DNA of 64,000 nt from Octopus sinensis (taxonomy: Eukaryota). The position numbers were made by a program, and so were the translations under genes. Shown here one piece after another: positions 60,711-64,000 of this stretch. The stretch spans positions 14,632,001 to 14,696,000 of the forward strand of contig NC_043018.1 in assembly GCF_006345805.1 (NCBI RefSeq). The letters run 5' to 3'. Below the pieces are notes generated by a model. That model worked only from the letters and a program-made list of their open reading frames with translations, ran no database searches and was not told the origin of the DNA. How positions within the stretch are numbered: position 1 is the first letter of the stretch; every line of letters starts with the position of its first letter.

Positions 60711-60812
60711 TTCGTAAGATTGTTAATGGAAGCCCAGCAGTTATCCTCTCCATACCAGTCTACCCTCTGCATACCACTGATGTTACCCTAGGCAAAGGGG
60801 CCGATACAGCTT

Positions 60813-60972
60813 GGCACCAATGACGTCGCAACTCATTTCTACAGCTGAGTGAACTGGAGCAACGTGAAATAAAGTCTTACTCGAGAACACAACACACAGC
60901 CCGGTCTGGGAATCGAACTCACTAGCTCATGACTGCGAGCCCGACGCTCTAACAATTGAGCCATGCACCTTC
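60813..60972 (-). mobile_element. SINE family D-related copy
   Basis: Reverse complement GAAGGTGCATGGCTCAATTGTTAGAGCGTCG...GTTCGATTCCCAGACCGGGC...TTGCTCCAGTTCACTCAGCTGTAGAAATGAG. Confidence 0.7.
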
Positions 60973-61239
60973 AGCTTGACTATATAGTATATTACTAGTA
61001 TTTATTTTTATCCAAGTTTAAGCGGGGTTTCCGACTTAACTGGAACTTCAAGCGTCGTTTTTACCAAACTGCTATGGAAATATGTGAGAAGCCAAGAAGG
61101 CTGGAACATAGAATGTTTCGATAAAGAGGAAATAAGATTCTGTAAGAAGGGTTATGTCACTGTTTTTATTCCCCTGGGATCACAGATAACAAGTTGCAGT
61201 AATACTAAGGGTCGCAAACAATCATTTCTGCAAGATCAC

Positions 61240-61377
61240 CTACTACTACTACTACTACTACTACTATTACTACCACCACCACCATCACCACCACCACCAC
61301 CACTACTACTACTACTACTACCACCGCCACCACCACAACTACCACAATCCTCCTCCACCACCACCACTACTACCATC

Positions 61378-61409
<32 letters not shown>

Positions 61410-61414
61410 CACCA

Positions 61415-61461
<47 letters not shown>

Positions 61462-61527
61462 GCCACCACCACAACTACCACAATCCTCCTCCACCACCAC
61501 CACCACCACCACCACCACCACCATCAT

Positions 61528-61576
<49 letters not shown>

Positions 61577-61580
61577 GTTA
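61240..61580. repeat. Compound (ACT)n/(ACC)n microsatellite with an internal block duplication
   Basis: CCACCGCCACCACCACAACTACCACAATCCTCCTCCACCACCAC occurs at about 61321 and 61456. Confidence 0.9.
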
Positions 61581-62204
61581 CTGTATCAAAAAGAATGTGG
61601 CGATCCGGTTTCGATTTCTAGTTGTAACGATTTCACATACGTCTTTCAACACCCATGGGGAGCAGAAATCACGCTAGACAGCGACAGAATCTCACAACAT
61701 CGAAGCTTGTATTACACGTTTTACACGGTCTTAATTATTTCAAGCTCTATAAATGTATAATATCGTTTGTTTCCTTCGCTAAATAATTACCACATCATAG
61801 CAGAAACCTTTCCGACTGCCAAACTTCAGTTTCTGACTTAAAATGAAAGATGTAGCTCTAACGAACGAAACTGTTACCACAAAATTTCAAGTTCAATTTA
61901 CAGGGTGCTGTCTTCGTGTCACTTGTTATTAATGGAGGCCAGGAATTAATGCGCTCAGACTATCTATTTCCGTAATAGAAGACAGATCTATTTAGAAGGC
62001 TCTGCCCTACGTTTCTGAATTACCAGGAAAAAGTTTGTGGCGTAAAAAGACATACAAAGAGTGAGAGAAGGAATATATGGGTGTATATGTCTATGTTTAT
62101 ATACGTATAGGTATATATATATGAATATGTATGTGTATGCATGAGTGTGTATGTATTTCGGCGTATATATATGAGTGTGTGTGTGTGTATAAGTATGAAT
62201 ATAA

Positions 62205-62246
<42 letters not shown>

Positions 62247-62342
62247 CATAATAATAATATTAGGGAATATAACTCCAAACTTACAGGAAAAAATTCAATT
62301 TAATATTAAATCAAATTTCACAATATAAATATATAATATTTA

Positions 62343-62540
62343 TATAAATTAGAGATAAAACTACTATAATTCAAACAATGATAGACATAAACCAAATCAT
62401 AAAGAAAAAATATATATTATAAAACATAAACTTTTATAATGTTTATATATGTTTTATAATATATTTTATTTTTTCTTTATGATTTGGTTTATGTCTATCA
62501 TTGTTTGAATTACATAATATTAGTTTTTCTCTAATTTATA
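62343..62540. repeat. ~200-bp imperfect palindrome; its arm is related to 19243-19300
   Basis: TATAAATTAGAGATAAAAC...CAAACAATGATAGACATAAACCAAATCATAAAG / CTTTATGATTTGGTTTATGTCTATCATTGTTTG...CTCTAATTTATA. Confidence 0.85.
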
Positions 62541-62568
62541 AACATGTGCATATACATAGATACATACA

Positions 62569-62646
<78 letters not shown>

Positions 62647-62771
62647 TTAGATAGATACACTTGTAAAAATATGTATGTGTATTCAGATTTATGTATATGC
62701 GTGAATATATATGTTTATACAATTATGTATATGTTTGCATATATATATATATATTAATATATATAATATAT

Positions 62772-62815
<44 letters not shown>

Positions 62816-63211
62816 TGTTGTGTGTGTATAATAGGTATATATTTGCACATATTCATGTGCATACATATATTTTATTATTTCGCTTGGCATAGCTAATACT
62901 AATAACCTTTGTCTGTCCTTGTTTGTCCCCTCTATGTTTGGCCCCTTGTGGGTAGTAAAGAGATATATATGATATTCGTGCATATTCATATGTGTCTTCA
63001 GGTGTGTGTGTGTGTATGTGTGTCCGTGTGTCCGTCCGTGTCGGCGTTAACTTGGCCCTTCTTTTCCATAAATCTGCAGTTCAAGAAAAACAGCTCGATA
63101 AAAAAAATTACCAGATTAAAATAAATACTGATCGATATAATGAACCAAAACCGTTGGTGGCCGTGCACCAGCATGGCCGCAGCCCGCTTACATAGATCAA
63201 TGAAATGTATT

Positions 63212-63276
<65 letters not shown>

Positions 63277-63879
63277 ACACACAAATCTACTCTGTCTAAA
63301 GCTTTACATGAAATAGTGGGCGTGAAATAAGTTTTTTTCTCCGCCTTGAGTTTGGTTTTTAAGGATAAAATTTCATTCCCTTTTTTTTTCACTTTTTCTC
63401 TCTTTTTATGAATCTCTCTCTCTCTCCTTCGTTTTCTTTACTTTCTTCCTACCTTTTCCTCATTCCCTTTCTTTCTCTCTCTCTCTCTCTCTCTGCTTCT
63501 CTCCATTCCCCCTCGCTCCCTGTCCCCTTTTCTCCACCCCTCTCTCTGTATATTCATTTCTTTACAACCGACGTGCTGTGAAATACCAGGGCTATTCTAA
63601 TTACGCATTTCGGTTTTAATGAATTTTCATTTGAATTATGAAACAACATTAAACACACACACACATACACACACATATACATACATACAAACACATGCAC
63701 ATACACACACCCGTACGTACAGATAAATGTGTGTGCACACACACAGAGGCAACCACGTATACACTCACAAACACACACATGCACCCCGCCACATAAACAT
63801 ATACGCCTCCCTTCACGCACATACATGCACAGTGATATAAATTAAATGCAACTCCGTCAGTTTCGACAATAAATCCACC

Positions 63880-64000
63880 ACTTGTTCTTTTCTGCTCTAA
63901 GCACAAGGCCCGAAATTTCGGGGGAGGTGGCCAGTCGATTAGATCGACCCCAGTACGCAACTGGTACTTAATTTTTCGATCCCGAAAGGCAAAGTCGATC
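63880..64000 (-). mobile_element. SINE family C, 3' half (window-truncated)
   Basis: TTCTTTTCTGCTCTAAGCACAAGGCCCGAAATTT...GACCCCAGTACGCAACTGGTACTT. Confidence 0.85.

Overview
AT-rich, microsatellite-dense eukaryotic non-coding DNA, very probably from an octopus or other coleoid cephalopod. That assignment is an inference from the recurring tRNA-derived SINE families and simple-repeat load, not from a database hit. There is one 100-N scaffold gap (57730-57829). No complete host gene is recognisable, and almost all listed ORFs are microsatellite translations. The window holds at least four tRNA-headed SINE families, a ~555-bp (AAT)n-flanked element, Lep1/HINE-like Helitron-family elements, and decayed mariner and Tc1-like transposons. 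It also holds CR1-, L1/Tx1- and R4/Dong-like LINE fragments and several Penelope-like element (PLE) GIY-YIG remnants. The main unexplained structure is a set of minimal type-I hammerhead ribozyme motifs read directly from the sequence. Two unrelated ~535-540 bp tandem repeats (8093-10580 and 45881-46899) carry one hammerhead per monomer, which is a retrozyme-like architecture predicting ~535-nt circular RNAs. Solitary hammerheads occur at 17062, 18863, 45348 and 59088. Three unrelated families share a non-canonical CCGANGA core (U4C) plus an extra nucleotide after A9, and two fold-back junctions fall at a ribozyme. A few candidate host exons (including a 15-nt micro-exon) and a candidate promoter are reported with low confidence.
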